This document shows, piece by piece, positions 25,786-38,900 of a DNA stretch of 64,000 nucleotides (position 1 is its first letter; each line of letters starts with the position of its first letter). The position numbers and the translations under genes were made by a program. Location of the stretch: positions 1-64,000 of the forward strand of contig MU058034.1 in the NCBI GenBank assembly GCA_013265495.1, written 5' to 3'. This stretch comes from Vicugna vicugna (taxonomy: Eukaryota). The notes under the pieces were generated by a model. It was not told where the DNA came from. It did no database searches and worked only from the letters and a program-made list of their open reading frames with translations.

Positions 25786-27078
25786 GTCATTTTTCATTGA
25801 AGCCTTCTCCACACAAGATACTTTCCTTCCTTTCTCTGAACTCACACAGTACTCTGCATCCTAATCCTGACATCTGTCATCTTCTGTCCTGCTTTGTGAG
25901 TCTAAGCCCCTCAGGGTGGGGCATAGATATGTGTATGTATCATAAGGTGTTGGGAGATATAACACCTTGAAAATGAAGGGTTCCAGGATTTGTTGGATGA
26001 ATAAAGTAAATTTAAGTTTCAGTGTATCAGACTGTCAAGTGGAGCATTTCGTTTTGCAAATATGTATATAATTACATCTTATGCTAGGCTTGGGTCAAAC
26101 AATTCTCACCAATTCCATTTGTAATATTTTTTTCAGTTGTTTCTTAATGGTTAAATACCTAGTTGATTCATGTTGAAGGGAATTTTATTTGAAGTTATTG
26201 ATTCCTTGCCCCAGCTTTTCGGCTGGAAGAAACAAAACTCTTGCTCCAGTTAAGTGCTGAACCTTTAAGAAACAATATCTAATGAGGTTAGCATGTATCG
26301 TTGACATTTTCAACCAGAGTGAAGGTCACAGCTGAAAGGTCACAGAGATGATTTTATACAGTATATAAACAATGCTATTATTTTCCAAAGAAAATGAAAC
26401 ATTGCCAACCTGTCTATAGCCTCTTGCTTTATTTTCGGTACTTAAACCATGTTGTCTTTCTATTCTTAGGTCTTGGAATTTAAAAGGCAAGTACACTTAG
26501 TTCATAAGTCAGGGACTAATATAAATGTGTGCATTTCATTCATATTCTGGCATTATATTATTTCAATTTGTATATTTCACTCTTAAGTCCACTTAGTATT
26601 TGTTGGGTGGTAATTGTTGAAATTTGATATTTATTCAGTTTATTTGGTGACCTTCCTTCTGAGTTGGGAAGTTTTACTAAACATATGTTTAGGGTGCTGA
26701 ACTCTCATCTTTGGTGTTTATAACAAAACTGTAAATTAATCATTAGAATATTCTGAAGTGATTTTGGAACGTATTGAATGGGATTACGGTTACACAGTGG
26801 AAAATGCATCCTCTGGGGCACAGTGCACAAGAGGAATTATTAACTGCTTTCATATTATATATCACTACATAACAAAGGGATCAATCTGTTAAATCTATGG
26901 TAGCTGAAGACAATTTTAACATCAAAAATAATCTACTGTAAAATGTCATGAAACAGGCAAACTTCTAATGCCAAAAAAACATTAAAATGATCACTTTCTG
27001 TTGTCATCTAGTTAACAGTTTTAAAGTAGAATAGTCCAAATATTGTAAGTTTCTAACCTAAAATTTACTTTATTTTAG

Positions 27079-27174
27079 ATGAACTCACAAATTCATCAGA
27101 AACCAGATTATCTCTAGAAGACCTCTTCAGGAAAGACTTTGTGCTTCATGATCCAGATGCTCGATGGATCAATG
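27079..27174 (+). CDS. DPP10: DPP10 coding exon (equivalent to human exon 3): start of the extracellular domain
   Basis: Acceptor tttactttattttag, donor ATG|GTATGT. 96 bp, phase 1-1. Joined to the previous exon it reads (D)ELTNSSETRLSLEDLFRKDFVLHDPDARWIN in frame, matching DPP10 as recalled. Confidence 0.97.
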
Positions 27175-27241
27175 GTATGTGTACACCTTCTTAGAGGTTG
27201 TATTTATTTTGAGTTCTGTATAATTAAAAGTATATAATCAT

Positions 27242-27345
27242 GGGGGCAGGGGATGTGTATAGCTCAGTGGTAGAGTGCATGCATCTATGAGGTCCTGGGT
27301 TCAATCCCCAGTACCTGCATTAAAAAATAAAGTTACTTAAAAAAA
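27242..27345 (+). mobile_element. tRNA-derived SINE (camelid type)
   Basis: A box tagctcagtggtaga, B box gggttcaatccc, A-rich tail. Lies about 70 bp downstream of the exon donor. Confidence 0.85.
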
Positions 27346-28822
27346 TTAAATAATGGTATTTGTGGTTAATATATTAATTGACACTATGTTTTAATAGTTA
27401 TACGTACCATTTAATCAAAAGTATATACCTTGGCTCATGTGAGAGAAAACCAATCCCTAAGGTACGTACGTCATTAATAAAATTATCCCCCAGATTAACT
27501 GCTTGGTTCTGCGGTTCCCTCATAACCATGTGTGTCACCGTCAAGCATTTCTCTGGGTAATTCTCCTCAGTGTAGAAGTAAAGAATTTGTGAGGCTGTAA
27601 ATGCAAGTGCCTCCGATTTGGCAATCAAATTGGTTTTTGTTTCTCTCTTTGTGGCTTTTCTTTCTAAGCTTAAGTGCAAAAAAACTAGGGATACTCTGAA
27701 AAGTTCAAATGACAGCACACGGGAACATACCACACTTTGGCTTTTTCTGGCCTGGCAAAGAAACTACCTGGGCTTTCCTTAGGTTATTTCTGTTTTGTTA
27801 TTTTTCCAAAAGTTTAAAAGAGCCTTTAGATTATAAATGGATAAGTAAAAACTAAACAAACAAAACCATGGACTTTGGGCAAGTTACTGGGTAATCCAAT
27901 CATAAGAAATGTTTTGGTGAAAAGTCAGGTTTTCATTCCTCAAATATTACAATTTGACCATCGTAATCACCATGATTAGACAGCTGTTAATCTTTGCCCT
28001 TCCTTTGAGTTAGACATAATATCTGTGCTTATTTTCAAGGCATAGAGTAGGTTATTTGTATGACAGATAAAAGAGCTTTCCCTTTTTATCTAATAAAGAT
28101 CATCTTGCTTACAGTCCATTCTTTCTTCCCTAACAACCTAATTAGGAATGTTTCTGCCTGCAAATTAAATGTTAATTTATGGAAACTATAAAAAGGATGT
28201 AACTTAATTTGTGAGGGCAGAGGACAAATCATACTTGTTTACCTAGCTCTGATAAGTGCCTGCCGATCTCCAGGAACTATAAGATTTGGACTTTTTTTGA
28301 ATAAATGAATGAAGCATTTCAATGAGGTTCAGTTTTGTTTTTCTCAGGTTTCAGTCGAAATTGGTTACAAGATGAGTATTATCATGGTGATAGTATTATA
28401 GACAATGTAAGAGAAAACAACATGGCAATTTGATTAATCTATTTATATGCTTTCATTGTGAATTGTTCATAAATTTGGGACTTGCTGTATTGTCTTTGCA
28501 CTAGGATTATATTTGAGATGAACACTATGACTAAATGAAAAAGATATATAATTACCTAGTATTGTTCTAATACATGGATTGCTCACAAATCATTCTCCTA
28601 ATGTGCTATTGTAATTTTGTAAGCCATCTTTTTATTTGCTAGCAACTATTTGTGAAAAAATTGTCAGTCATTAGATTTAAAATGGTGAATAAATTGTTTT
28701 ACTTGCCATGATTTTGGCCAAACTGTAGAAAGTTGTGAAATCTTTGACTTTGGAAAGCAAGAAAAAAATCATGGGTCTCACCTCCCTTCTCAGGTTAGCT
28801 TGGACTATTTTAAGAGGTGTTT

Positions 28823-28958
28823 TTCTGTGTGTGTGGGAGTAGGGTGGGGGTAATTAGGTTTATTTATTTATTTTTAATGGAGGTAGGTACTGGGGACTGA
28901 ACCCAGGACCTCGTGCATGCTAGGCACACACTCTACCAAAGAACTATACCTTCCTCCA
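28823..28958 (-). mobile_element. tRNA-derived SINE (camelid type) with an 11-bp TSD
   Basis: Reverse complement reads ggaggaaggtatagttctttggtagagtgtgtgcctagcatgcacgaggtcctgggttcagtccccagtacc...aaataaataaataaacctaattaccccc. Flanked by aagaggtgttt / aagaggcattt. Confidence 0.88.
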
Positions 28959-30002
28959 AAGAGGCATTTACCCTCTTGTATATAACTGGCACTTTGATAC
29001 CAAAGTGCCAATGGACTAGATGGATATTTCAGCAGTGAACTGCCTGCTAAATTAAGCCACATTTCAATATCTAGTACACACATTCTATTCTAATGCTTCA
29101 CAAGATACCAAAATATTATTTGGAGTGATTCATTTTAATCATTTTTTCATTTTTTTTAACCAATCATTGGTAAACCTGATTTTGAGAAAATAACCTGGGA
29201 CAAAGCTGCAGTGTTGTTATAGTCTAAGTAAAACCTGACATCAATAATATTTATAAAAGAATTTGACATAAAACAACCCTTTAAACAGGATTAAATAAAA
29301 TCTAAGCTCTCAGAGACTGTCTTTATAAACACCACTGAAGGAATTGACTCACTGTCAGTAGACTGTATGCACTGGGATGCTTTTCAAGTAGGAAAATAGA
29401 TTTGTGCTCATTTATTCCTTTTCTCCAATCCAGATCACCTTTCTGGGGCTCATTAGGTACTCGGCCTATTTACATATTCCTCACAAAGCCAGAAAACACA
29501 GTGCAAACTATGAATAAAATGTGTCACCCTGGCTTCATGGTCAGATTACATCTAAATGTAAAATGTAAAATGTGAGCTTTTTCTCTATGCTCATGATGTG
29601 TGTCACCAGGTTTCTTTAGTATATAAGTGGCTGGAAGGAGTCTAACTTCAACTCACCTGGAAGTTTAATGTAGTTCCTGGAGGTCACCACAGGAGCATTC
29701 AACGCATTACTGGCCAGGGAAAAGGAGGGCGTCTGGACAGCCTTGTCACGTGTGGGCTGTCATGTGGCAATGGCATTCATTATGCTGCTTCTCAAATAAT
29801 GTATCTGTGCATGCCATCGCAGCCTTGGGTGGATGGTTAGCATAACACCTACCTTTCCCCACAGCTGCTCAGATCCTTGAAATCTCTTTTGATAGCATCT
29901 TCTTCCGAGTTACATCACTTTGAAACCTGGAAATCCACTTTCTTTAACATTATTCATTCTCCACCCCCACGTACACGTGGAGCAATTGATTGTGAAAGGA
30001 AA

Positions 30003-30200
30003 ATCTAACATTAATTGAGTGCCTTCTAGGCTTTGTGCTGGATGTGTTCTGTAAGTCTTGCATTGATAGCATTTAAGTTAAAATTATTAACCACAGAAAA
30101 CTGAGGCTAAAACGAACACTTACCCAAAAACACAGCTGATCAGAGGTAGAGTCTGCTTTAATCACTAGGTTGAAGTGTGATACCTACCTTCTCTCACTGC
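30003..30200 (-). mobile_element. MIR SINE
   Basis: taacattaattgagtgcc...gaaaactgaggct...cccaaaaacacagctg. Confidence 0.65.
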
Positions 30201-31597
30201 TTCACTCTGAGATGCCATTCTCAGTCTCGAACACAGGTATTAAGTACCTTGTTGACAGTCCATGGTTACAGCTCTCACTGTGGCGAATCCTTGCCTGTTG
30301 AATACTGCAATCATGTCATCTCTCCAGGTACATCCACATAATGATAACTTGTGCAGTCACTAAAAGAAAGATATATAAGCATATTTACTGACATGTTCAT
30401 TGTATAAAAAGTGAACAAAAGTGTCTTTAAAACAGAATTGACAGGATGTGATTCACACTGTATTGTACCATTGAGTGTTCCCAGATGGCTGGATTTTGAC
30501 CTAATATTTTTTTATTCATTTTTCCCTAAATTTTATTTAATAAATGTGTATGTTTATCTGATTTTATAATTGATTAAGAAAAATTCTCTCCTTTGTTAGT
30601 TTCATCAGTCTCCAGTCCTCCAGTGGTCTCCTGTCAAATACAATTGTATAAGGCCCAGCTAAAAATTGTTAATGCATTTATCAGAAGGCACCAGAGGAAC
30701 CCCTCTGCCAACTGAATAAATTCCAGCTCCTCCCTCTGTATCCCAGGCCTCTCAGAATCAAGCTTGGCTTCCTTCCTACTATTCTCGTTCACATTAGGTT
30801 TTGGGGATATTGAACCACATGATATTCTTCATAAGTCTCCAAACTTCTCTTGACTCTTTGCCCACACTCTGTGCTTTACCTGGAATCCCTTCCCTAATAG
30901 CCCAAATTTTACCCACCTCCCAGGTGCAAAGCCAATGACTATTCTTTTTCCTCCCAGCAGTGAGGAACATCAACTTCCTTGAAACCCCCAAGTTTGATTC
31001 TCTCATGTGGAAATTTCTTCCATAATTATAACATGTCTAATCTCCTCTAAGATTCTGCTTCTATAAGTCCTGTGAAATACTACTATTTTAAAATTTAATA
31101 ATCTGTTTTTATTTCCTATTTGGCATGTATTTTTGAAAAATACAATTAAAATAAATTACTAGAAGAATAAAATGATAAATAGAATTCCCAAATAAAGCCC
31201 CCAGATAAATTTATTTTATTATAATCAACCATTCTAAAATTACATTACAAAAATATAAGTACAAACATAATATTGGTATAAAAAAGGAATTTCATATGTT
31301 AATTTGTTGCCAAGAGGATATACAGGCAGTTAATAGAAAGGACTACTATTATACATATATTTTTTGTTATTCTTAAATCAGAATTAACAAATTGAAAGAA
31401 ATAGTGGTTATTTGCCAGTTCTCAGATTTTGAACAGGAACTGGCATATCAATATTTAAAGGTTTTAATGTAGGAAATGAACTTGTTTCCTTTGGTTAAAT
31501 TAACTAATCTAGGTTAGACTCATGACAGCACTACGCTCAGGGGATAATGTATATTTAGACTGTCTCTATATTTCTTTAATGAGGGAATTATTGGAGA

Positions 31598-33567
31598 ATT
31601 TATCCCAGGGACACAAGGAGTTTTCAGTATCTATAAATCAATGTGGTACACCACATTAACAAATTGAATAAAAACCATATGATCATCTCAGTAGATGCAG
31701 AAAAAGCTTTTGATAAAATTCACACCCATTTATGATAAAAACTCTCCCGAAAGTGGGTATAGACAGAACATATCTCAACATAATAAAGGCCATATATGAC
31801 AAACCCACAGCTACCATCATACTTAATGGGGAAAAGTTGCAAGCATTTCCTCTAAGATCAGGAACATGACAAGGATGCCCACTCTTGCCACTTTTATTCA
31901 ACATAGTTTTGGAAGTCCTAGCCATAGCAATCAGAGAAGAAAAGGAAATAAAAGGAATCCAAATCAGAAAAGAAGTAAAATTGTCACTGTTTGCAAATGA
32001 CATAATACTGTACATAGAAAAATCTAAAGAAGCGACCAGAAAACTACTAGAACTCATCGATGAATCTGATCAAGTTGCAGGATACAAAATTAACATACAT
32101 AAATCAGTTGCATTTCTATACACTAACAACAAAATAGCAGAAAAAGAAATTAAGAAAACAATACCATTACCATCACACCAAAAAGAATAAAATGCCTAGG
32201 AATAAATTTACCCCAAGGGGGCAAAAGACCTGTACTCTGAAAAGTATAACACATTGATTAAAGGAACTGAAGATGACATTAACTAATGGAAAGATATCCC
32301 ATGTTCTTGGATTGGAAGAATCAATATTGTTAAAATGGCCATACTACCCAAGGCAGTATACAGAGTTAATGCAATCCCTATCAAAATACCAATGACATTT
32401 TTCACAGAGCTGGAACAAAAAATCTTAAATTTTGTGTGGAAACACAAGAGATCCTGGATAGTCAAAACAATTTGAAAAAGAAAAATGCAGCTGGGGAAAT
32501 CATGCTCCCAGACTCCAGACTATAGTTAAAGTTACAGTAATCAAAACAGTATGGTACGCACACAGAAAACAGACACTTGGATCAAAGGAACAAGATAAAA
32601 AGTCCAGAAATAAATCCACACACTTATGGTCAATTGATTTACTACAAAGGAGGCAAGAATATACAGTGGAGAAAAGACAGTCTCTTCAACAAGTGGTTCT
32701 GGGAAAACTGGACAGCTTCCTGTGAAAGACTGAGATTAGAATATGCTCTAACACTTTATACAAAAATAAACTCAAAACAGAATAGAGACCTAAATATAAG
32801 ACCTATATAATAAGATACTATAAGACTCCTAGAGGAAAACACAGATAGAACACTCTTCAACATCAATTTCAGCAATATTTTTTTGAACCAGCTCCTAGAG
32901 TAATGGATATAAAAGCAAAAATAAACTAATGGGATCTAATTAAACTTAAAAGCTTTTGCACAGCTAAGGATACGATCAACAAAATGAAAAGACAACTACA
33001 GAATGTGAGAAAATAGTTGCAAATGATGCAGCCGACAAAGGACTAATTTCCAAAATATAAAAACAGCTCATATACCTTAATATCCCTTCCCCCAAAAAAC
33101 AAGCAAAAATAGGCAGAAAACCTAAATCTACATCTCTCTAAAGACATCCAGATGGCCAACAAACACATGAAAAGATGCTCAACATCACTAATTGTTAGAG
33201 AAATGCAAATCAAAACTACAAAGATATATTACCTCATACCAGTTAGAAAGGCCATCATTAAAGTCCACAAATGATAAATGCTGGAGAGGGTGTGGAGAAA
33301 AGGGAACCTTCCTACACGGCTGGTGGGAATGTAAATTGGTACACACACTATGGAGGACAGTACAGAGGTTCCTTAAAAACTAAAAATATACTTACCATAT
33401 GATCCAACAATCCCACTTCTGGGCATATATCCAGAGAAAAATATAATTCAAAAAGACACATGCACCCACCCTGTTCACAGCAGCACTGTTTGCAATAGCC
33501 AAGACATAGAAACAATGCAAATATCCATCAACAGATGACTGGATAAGGAAGTTATATATGTGTACAT

Positions 33568-33598
<31 letters not shown>

Positions 33599-33948
33599 AA
33601 TGGAATACTACTTAGCCATAAGCAAGAATAAAACAATGCCACTTGCAGCAACAATGGATAGACCTGGAGATTGTCATTCTAAGTGAAGTAAGCCAGACAG
33701 AGAGAGAAAAATGCCTTATGATATCGCTTCTATGTGGAATTTAAAAAAAAAAAAGGACAGCAGTGAACTTATCTACAAAACAGAAACAGATTCACAGACA
33801 TAGAGAACAAACATAGTTACCAGGGGATAAAGAGGGTGGGAAGGGATAAATTAGGAATTTGAAAATGGCACCTCTTGGGGAGTGACGGAAATTTTAGCTA
33901 TCTTGATTGTGGTGGTGGTTTCATGTGTGTATACGTTAAAAAATATAT
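31598..33948 (+). mobile_element. 5'-truncated L1 ('family A'): RT and C-terminal ORF2 plus 3' UTR, non-functional; TSD ATTATTGGAGA
   Basis: ORF fragments [42 protein letters not shown] and [14 protein letters not shown]. Identical 11-mers at 31587-31597 and 33949-33959. Confidence 0.95.
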
Positions 33949-34464
33949 ATTATTGGAGAGAAGAAATAAGCTTCCAAAATAATGATGATGGTAGTAAAAG
34001 AAGAGATTTTAAAGTAATTTTAGCAATCTCAGGATATTCGTTTTAAGTTTTTATACAAAATGAATCAAGTGATACTGTATTTTGAACTTTATCTTCAACT
34101 CTTTATCATTAGCTAATTTCAAAATTTATTCTGCAGAGTATAAATCATTTAGTTTATCTTTTCATCAAAAAATAGATTTTGGATTTTAAGTACACCTGGG
34201 TTATAGTGGAAAGACTAACGTTAAATCACAGCATCATGTGATGAGGTTCTACTGTGTATGGTTACTCTGTTGCAGGCTCACCTACTGGTTCATCTGCTCA
34301 GATTAGTCCATTTGCCACGCATTTGGATCTTGCAGCACTGTCACATTGCTAGGAAAGCTCCTAAATGCTCACCCTCAGTTAAACTTATCCCATTGTGGAC
34401 CAGCCGCCAATACTTCCCAACTGGATAGAGTCTGCCAACACTCTCAGAGCAGCTCTACTATACA

Positions 34465-34570
34465 TGACAGTAAACCTGAGAAATAGGACTTGTGTCACGT
34501 TCATATTTGAGTTGCCCCAGGAATTAGCACATTGCCTGGATTCCACTAGGACTCAAAGTAGTTCAGTTAT
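34465..34570 (+). mobile_element. L2 3' end fragment
   Basis: ccccaggaattagcacattgcctggattccactaggactcaa resembles the L2 terminus. Confidence 0.5.
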
Positions 34571-35724
34571 CATAATGAGAGCAACTATTGTATCTTATTT
34601 GATGCATGAAAGTGGGCCCACTTGATCCACAATCAGTAGAGAGTTCATTTCACTTCTGTTTCTCATGGTGCATAGATCTTTTATCTATATAAACCTGTCC
34701 TTCCCAGTGTCCATCCCACATGTGAGCTGCATACTTTTTTTTTTTTTTTTGGAAAAGTGACTAGCTGGGATGAGTGATCATGTGTGAGACTATAGACATA
34801 ACTGTGATTTTACTGGACTCAGTATTGAAGCCAAGTGAACTCATCTACCACATGATAGTCAAAAACAGGTATTAAAACCTTTTTACTTTTAAATGATGTA
34901 TTACAATATGGCATATTGAGATAGGAAAAGTCCTTAAAAGGAGATAAACCAGGGCTTTTCAGCAACATTTTAAAGTCTTCTGAAGTTTAGTTTCTTCATC
35001 TAAATTGGGGATAACAGTTCTTATAGGTAGAAGCATAGCAAAATAAAGCAAAAATACATAAAAAGCAAAGATTAAAAGATTAAAGGGAAAAAATAGAAGA
35101 CAGGACAACTTAAATAAAAAGCAAAAATATGGAGCCTAGTAGATCTTCCAATGGTAGGGATCCTGTCCTGATAACAGCTTTTAGAGATGCTCTGGCACCT
35201 GATATTTCTTTATAAATGCCCCTGGTAGCCTCATCCTGATGAATTATATCCAGAAATTGAAAAGAAAGTGAAAATCCATTGTTGCAATATTCATGAAAAA
35301 TAAAACAAATTATTGAAATAATATCAATAATATTTACAATTTAAAGGAACTCACAACTAGGGGAATTGGATAAATGGATCTAGTTTGCTATTTTTTGCTT
35401 GTTGAGTGCTATTTTATCATGCAAGGATTTTTGTCCATCAGTTCAATTTGTGTTGCAAAAACTGTTGGATTTATTTGGGCACAGATAGTTACACTTTTAA
35501 CAGCATTATCACTCCTAGGCCTGAGTCAGAATTTCAAGTCTTTAATCTTATTTTTCCACTTTTTCCTCCAGTTTTTTTTTTTAATAATCATCAACCAACC
35601 TAATATTTTAAAGAGGTAGAACTGAATTCACGACTCTGAGGTTTAGAGGATGGTTTATATTTTTACTGAAACATAATTTATAAAGACAAAATATTTAGTA
35701 GATAGTAAATGTGCAGAAGTAGGT

Positions 35725-35980
35725 ATGTGTTTAGAGAAATCATTTTACATCTATTTAATGGAATATTATACAGCCATTAAAACTTGTCTTTTGAAAAAAT
35801 TAGAATGTGTTCAGAATAAAATGTTAAGTGAAAAAAGTAGAATACAGAATTATATGCACAGGACATTCACAACTGCATCACATACATGTACACCCTTAAA
35901 GATGCAATAAAAGTGATATCAGAATTAAATATGCTAACATATTAAGTAATTTTCTGATAGAGTGAGTTACTATTTTTAGT
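35725..35980 (+). mobile_element. Ancient L1ME-type 3' fragment
   Basis: aatggaatattatacagccattaaaa...atgttaagtgaaaaaagtagaatacagaa. Confidence 0.6.
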
Positions 35981-35982
35981 TT

Positions 35983-38900
35983 ACCTGTACTGGTAGCTAT
36001 GAGGGCAGAGAACCTGGGAGACACCAGAGGAGAGGACTGACATTCCCACAACTGAAGTGAGGACAAGTGCAGCATCAATATAGATCACTTGAAGCACTCC
36101 AAACCTGCCTACCACACTGCAGCTCAGAAATGGGTCTGGAAGTCTCCATGCCAACAAAACGGGAGCAGACTCAGCCCATCAGGGCTGTGACAAACAAAAC
36201 AAAAAGGAGGTCCTGCTCAATAATCAGGGCATGCTCTGATCACCACAACAATGGCCACACCCCCAATCAAAGGGATAACAGCTGATACACAAGGAGAAAA
36301 GACATTGAAACCATCGATACTAAAATCAGACCTTGCAACAAAATTATTAGACACACACAGTCTACACAGTAACACTTCCTCTTTAAAACAAAACAAAAAA
36401 ACCCAGCCCCTTCAAGACAACAATAGATAACTGATACACTAATCCTTAGAGCCAGAGATATATAAGTAAAACGAAGAAGCAGAGGAACCACTTCCAATTA
36501 AAAGAACAACGGAAGTCCCCTGAAAGAACAATCAATGAAACAGACCTTGACAACCTACTAGATCATGACTTCAAAAAAGATGATAAAAGTACTGAAGGAA
36601 GTAAGAGAAACTATGGAAAACAATGCAGAGTAATATAAAAAAAGAAATAGAAATTACAAAGAGGAGGCAAATAAAAACAGAAAACTCAATGGCTGAGATA
36701 AGAGCTGAGCTACAGGCAGTCAGAAGTAGACTAGAAAATGCAGAGGGGTAAACAAGTGACTAAGACAGGATAACAGAAATCACCCAATCAGAACAGCAAA
36801 CAGAAAAGCAAGTGAAAACTAATGAAAGCAATATAAGGGACCTATGGGATAATACAAAGAGTGCCAACCTGCACATAATAGGAGTTCAAGAAGGAGAAGA
36901 AAGAGAAAAGGGGATTGAAAGGATATTTGAAGAAATCATGACTGAAAACTTCCCAAAACTAAAGAAAGAAATAGATACCCAAGTACAGGAAGCACAGAGG
37001 GTCCCAAAGAATAGACCCCAAACAGACCTATACAAGACATAAGATGGCCAAAGTTAAAGAAATGTTTCTAAAGTCAGCAAGAGAAAAACAAAGAGATAGT
37101 TACAAGGGAACCCCCCCGTAAAGCTTTCAGCTGATTTCTCAACATAAACATTGCAAGCCAGAAGGGGTGACGAGATATATTCAAAGTCCTGAATGAGAAA
37201 AAGCTGCAACCTAGGATTCTCTATCTGGGAAGACTATCCTTTACAGTAGAAGGAGAGATAAAGAATTTCACAAACAAGCAAAAACTTAAAAAAAAAAAAA
37301 TCAGCAACACTAAAATTATGCTAAAAGACATATTAAAAGGTCTAATCTGAATAGAAAAGAAGCAAGAAGCTATAGAAAGGAGAAAACCATAATTGGAAAT
37401 GTGATAAGTACCATGAGTTGCAATAGAATAAACAGGAATATGTTAAAGAAAACATCAAAATCATTAAAGGTAGGAAAGCAGAGTAAGAAAATATAGATTC
37501 TTTTTCTTTGTTCTTTTTAGGATGTATTTGAACTTACATGACTATCAGTTTAAAACAAACATGCATGCAAATGGTTTAATATACTTGAAAAACAGGGTAA
37601 CCACAAATCAAAAGTATACAATAGGGTCACAAAAATCAAAAAGAAACCAAGATAATACAGAAGAAAATGATCAAACCACAGAAAGAAAAAGAAAGAATCA
37701 AAGAGGAAATACAAAGTTCAGAATGGCAGTAAACACACTGTAAATGCCACTGCACAAAATGCTCCAATCAAAAGACAAAGAATGGCAGATTGAATATAAA
37801 ACAAGAGCCTACAATATGCTGCTTATAAGAGATGCACTTTAAGGTGAAGGACACACATAGATTGAAAGTGAGAGGATGGATAAAGATTTCATGCAAATGG
37901 AAATGACAACAAAGGGGAAGGAGCAAAACTTTCAGACAATATAGACTTTAAAACAAAGGCCATAAAGAAAGATAAAGAAGGACACTACATAATGATCCAA
38001 GGAGCAATACAAGATGAGGATATTATACTCGTTAACATATACTCACCCAATACAGGAGCACCTAAATATATAAAACAATATTAATAGATATAAAGGGAGA
38101 AATTGATGGGACTTCAATTGTTGGAACACCCCACTAGCATCATTTGACAGGTCTTCAAGACAGAAAATCAATAAGGCAACAGAGATACTCTATGACATGG
38201 TTGATATTTTTAGGACATTACATCCCCCAAAAAGAACATACATTCTATGATGGATCACATACTTGTGAACAAAAGAAGCCTCAACAAATTTAAGAGGACA
38301 GAAATTATTTCACGTATCTTCTTTGATCACAAATTCATGAAACTAGAAATCAACCACAGAAAAACAAATGAGAAAAAAAAAGGACAGCATGGGGACTAAA
38401 CAACATGCTACTAAACAACCAGTGGGTCAACAATGAAATCAAAGAGCAAATTAAAAAATACATTGAGACAAATGGCAATGAAAACACATGCACACAGAAT
38501 CTATGGGATGCAGCAAAAGAAATCCTAAGAGGGAAGTTGATAGTGATACTGGCCTTCCTCAAAATAAAGTAACAATCTCAAATAAACAACCTAATCTACC
38601 ACCTAAAAATATTAGAAAAAAAAGAACAAAACCTAAAGTCAGCAGAAGGAAAGAAATAATAAAGATTAGAAAAACAATAGAAAAAAAATCAAACAAACCA
38701 AAAGCGGGTTTTTTGAAAGAGTAAACAAAATCAACAAACCTCTGGCCAGGCTCACCAAGAAGAAATGAGAGATGACACAAATAAAATAATAAATGAAAAT
38801 GGAGAAATTACAAATAACACCACAGAAATACAAAAAAATCATAAGAGAATACTATGAACAAATATATGGCAATAAGTTGGACAACCTAGAAGAAGTGGAC

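Larger units (their letters stand above)
3094..27078 (+). other. DPP10: DPP10 intron (23,985 bp, GT-AG)
   Basis: Begins GTAAT, ends TTTAG, and joins the two exons in frame. Confidence 0.92.

Noticed and set aside
27249..27320. tRNA gene (A and B boxes, tRNA-like 5' end)
   Set aside because: The anticodon region is degenerate, an A-rich tail follows, and a related copy with a TSD lies at 28823-28958. It is a SINE, not a tRNA.
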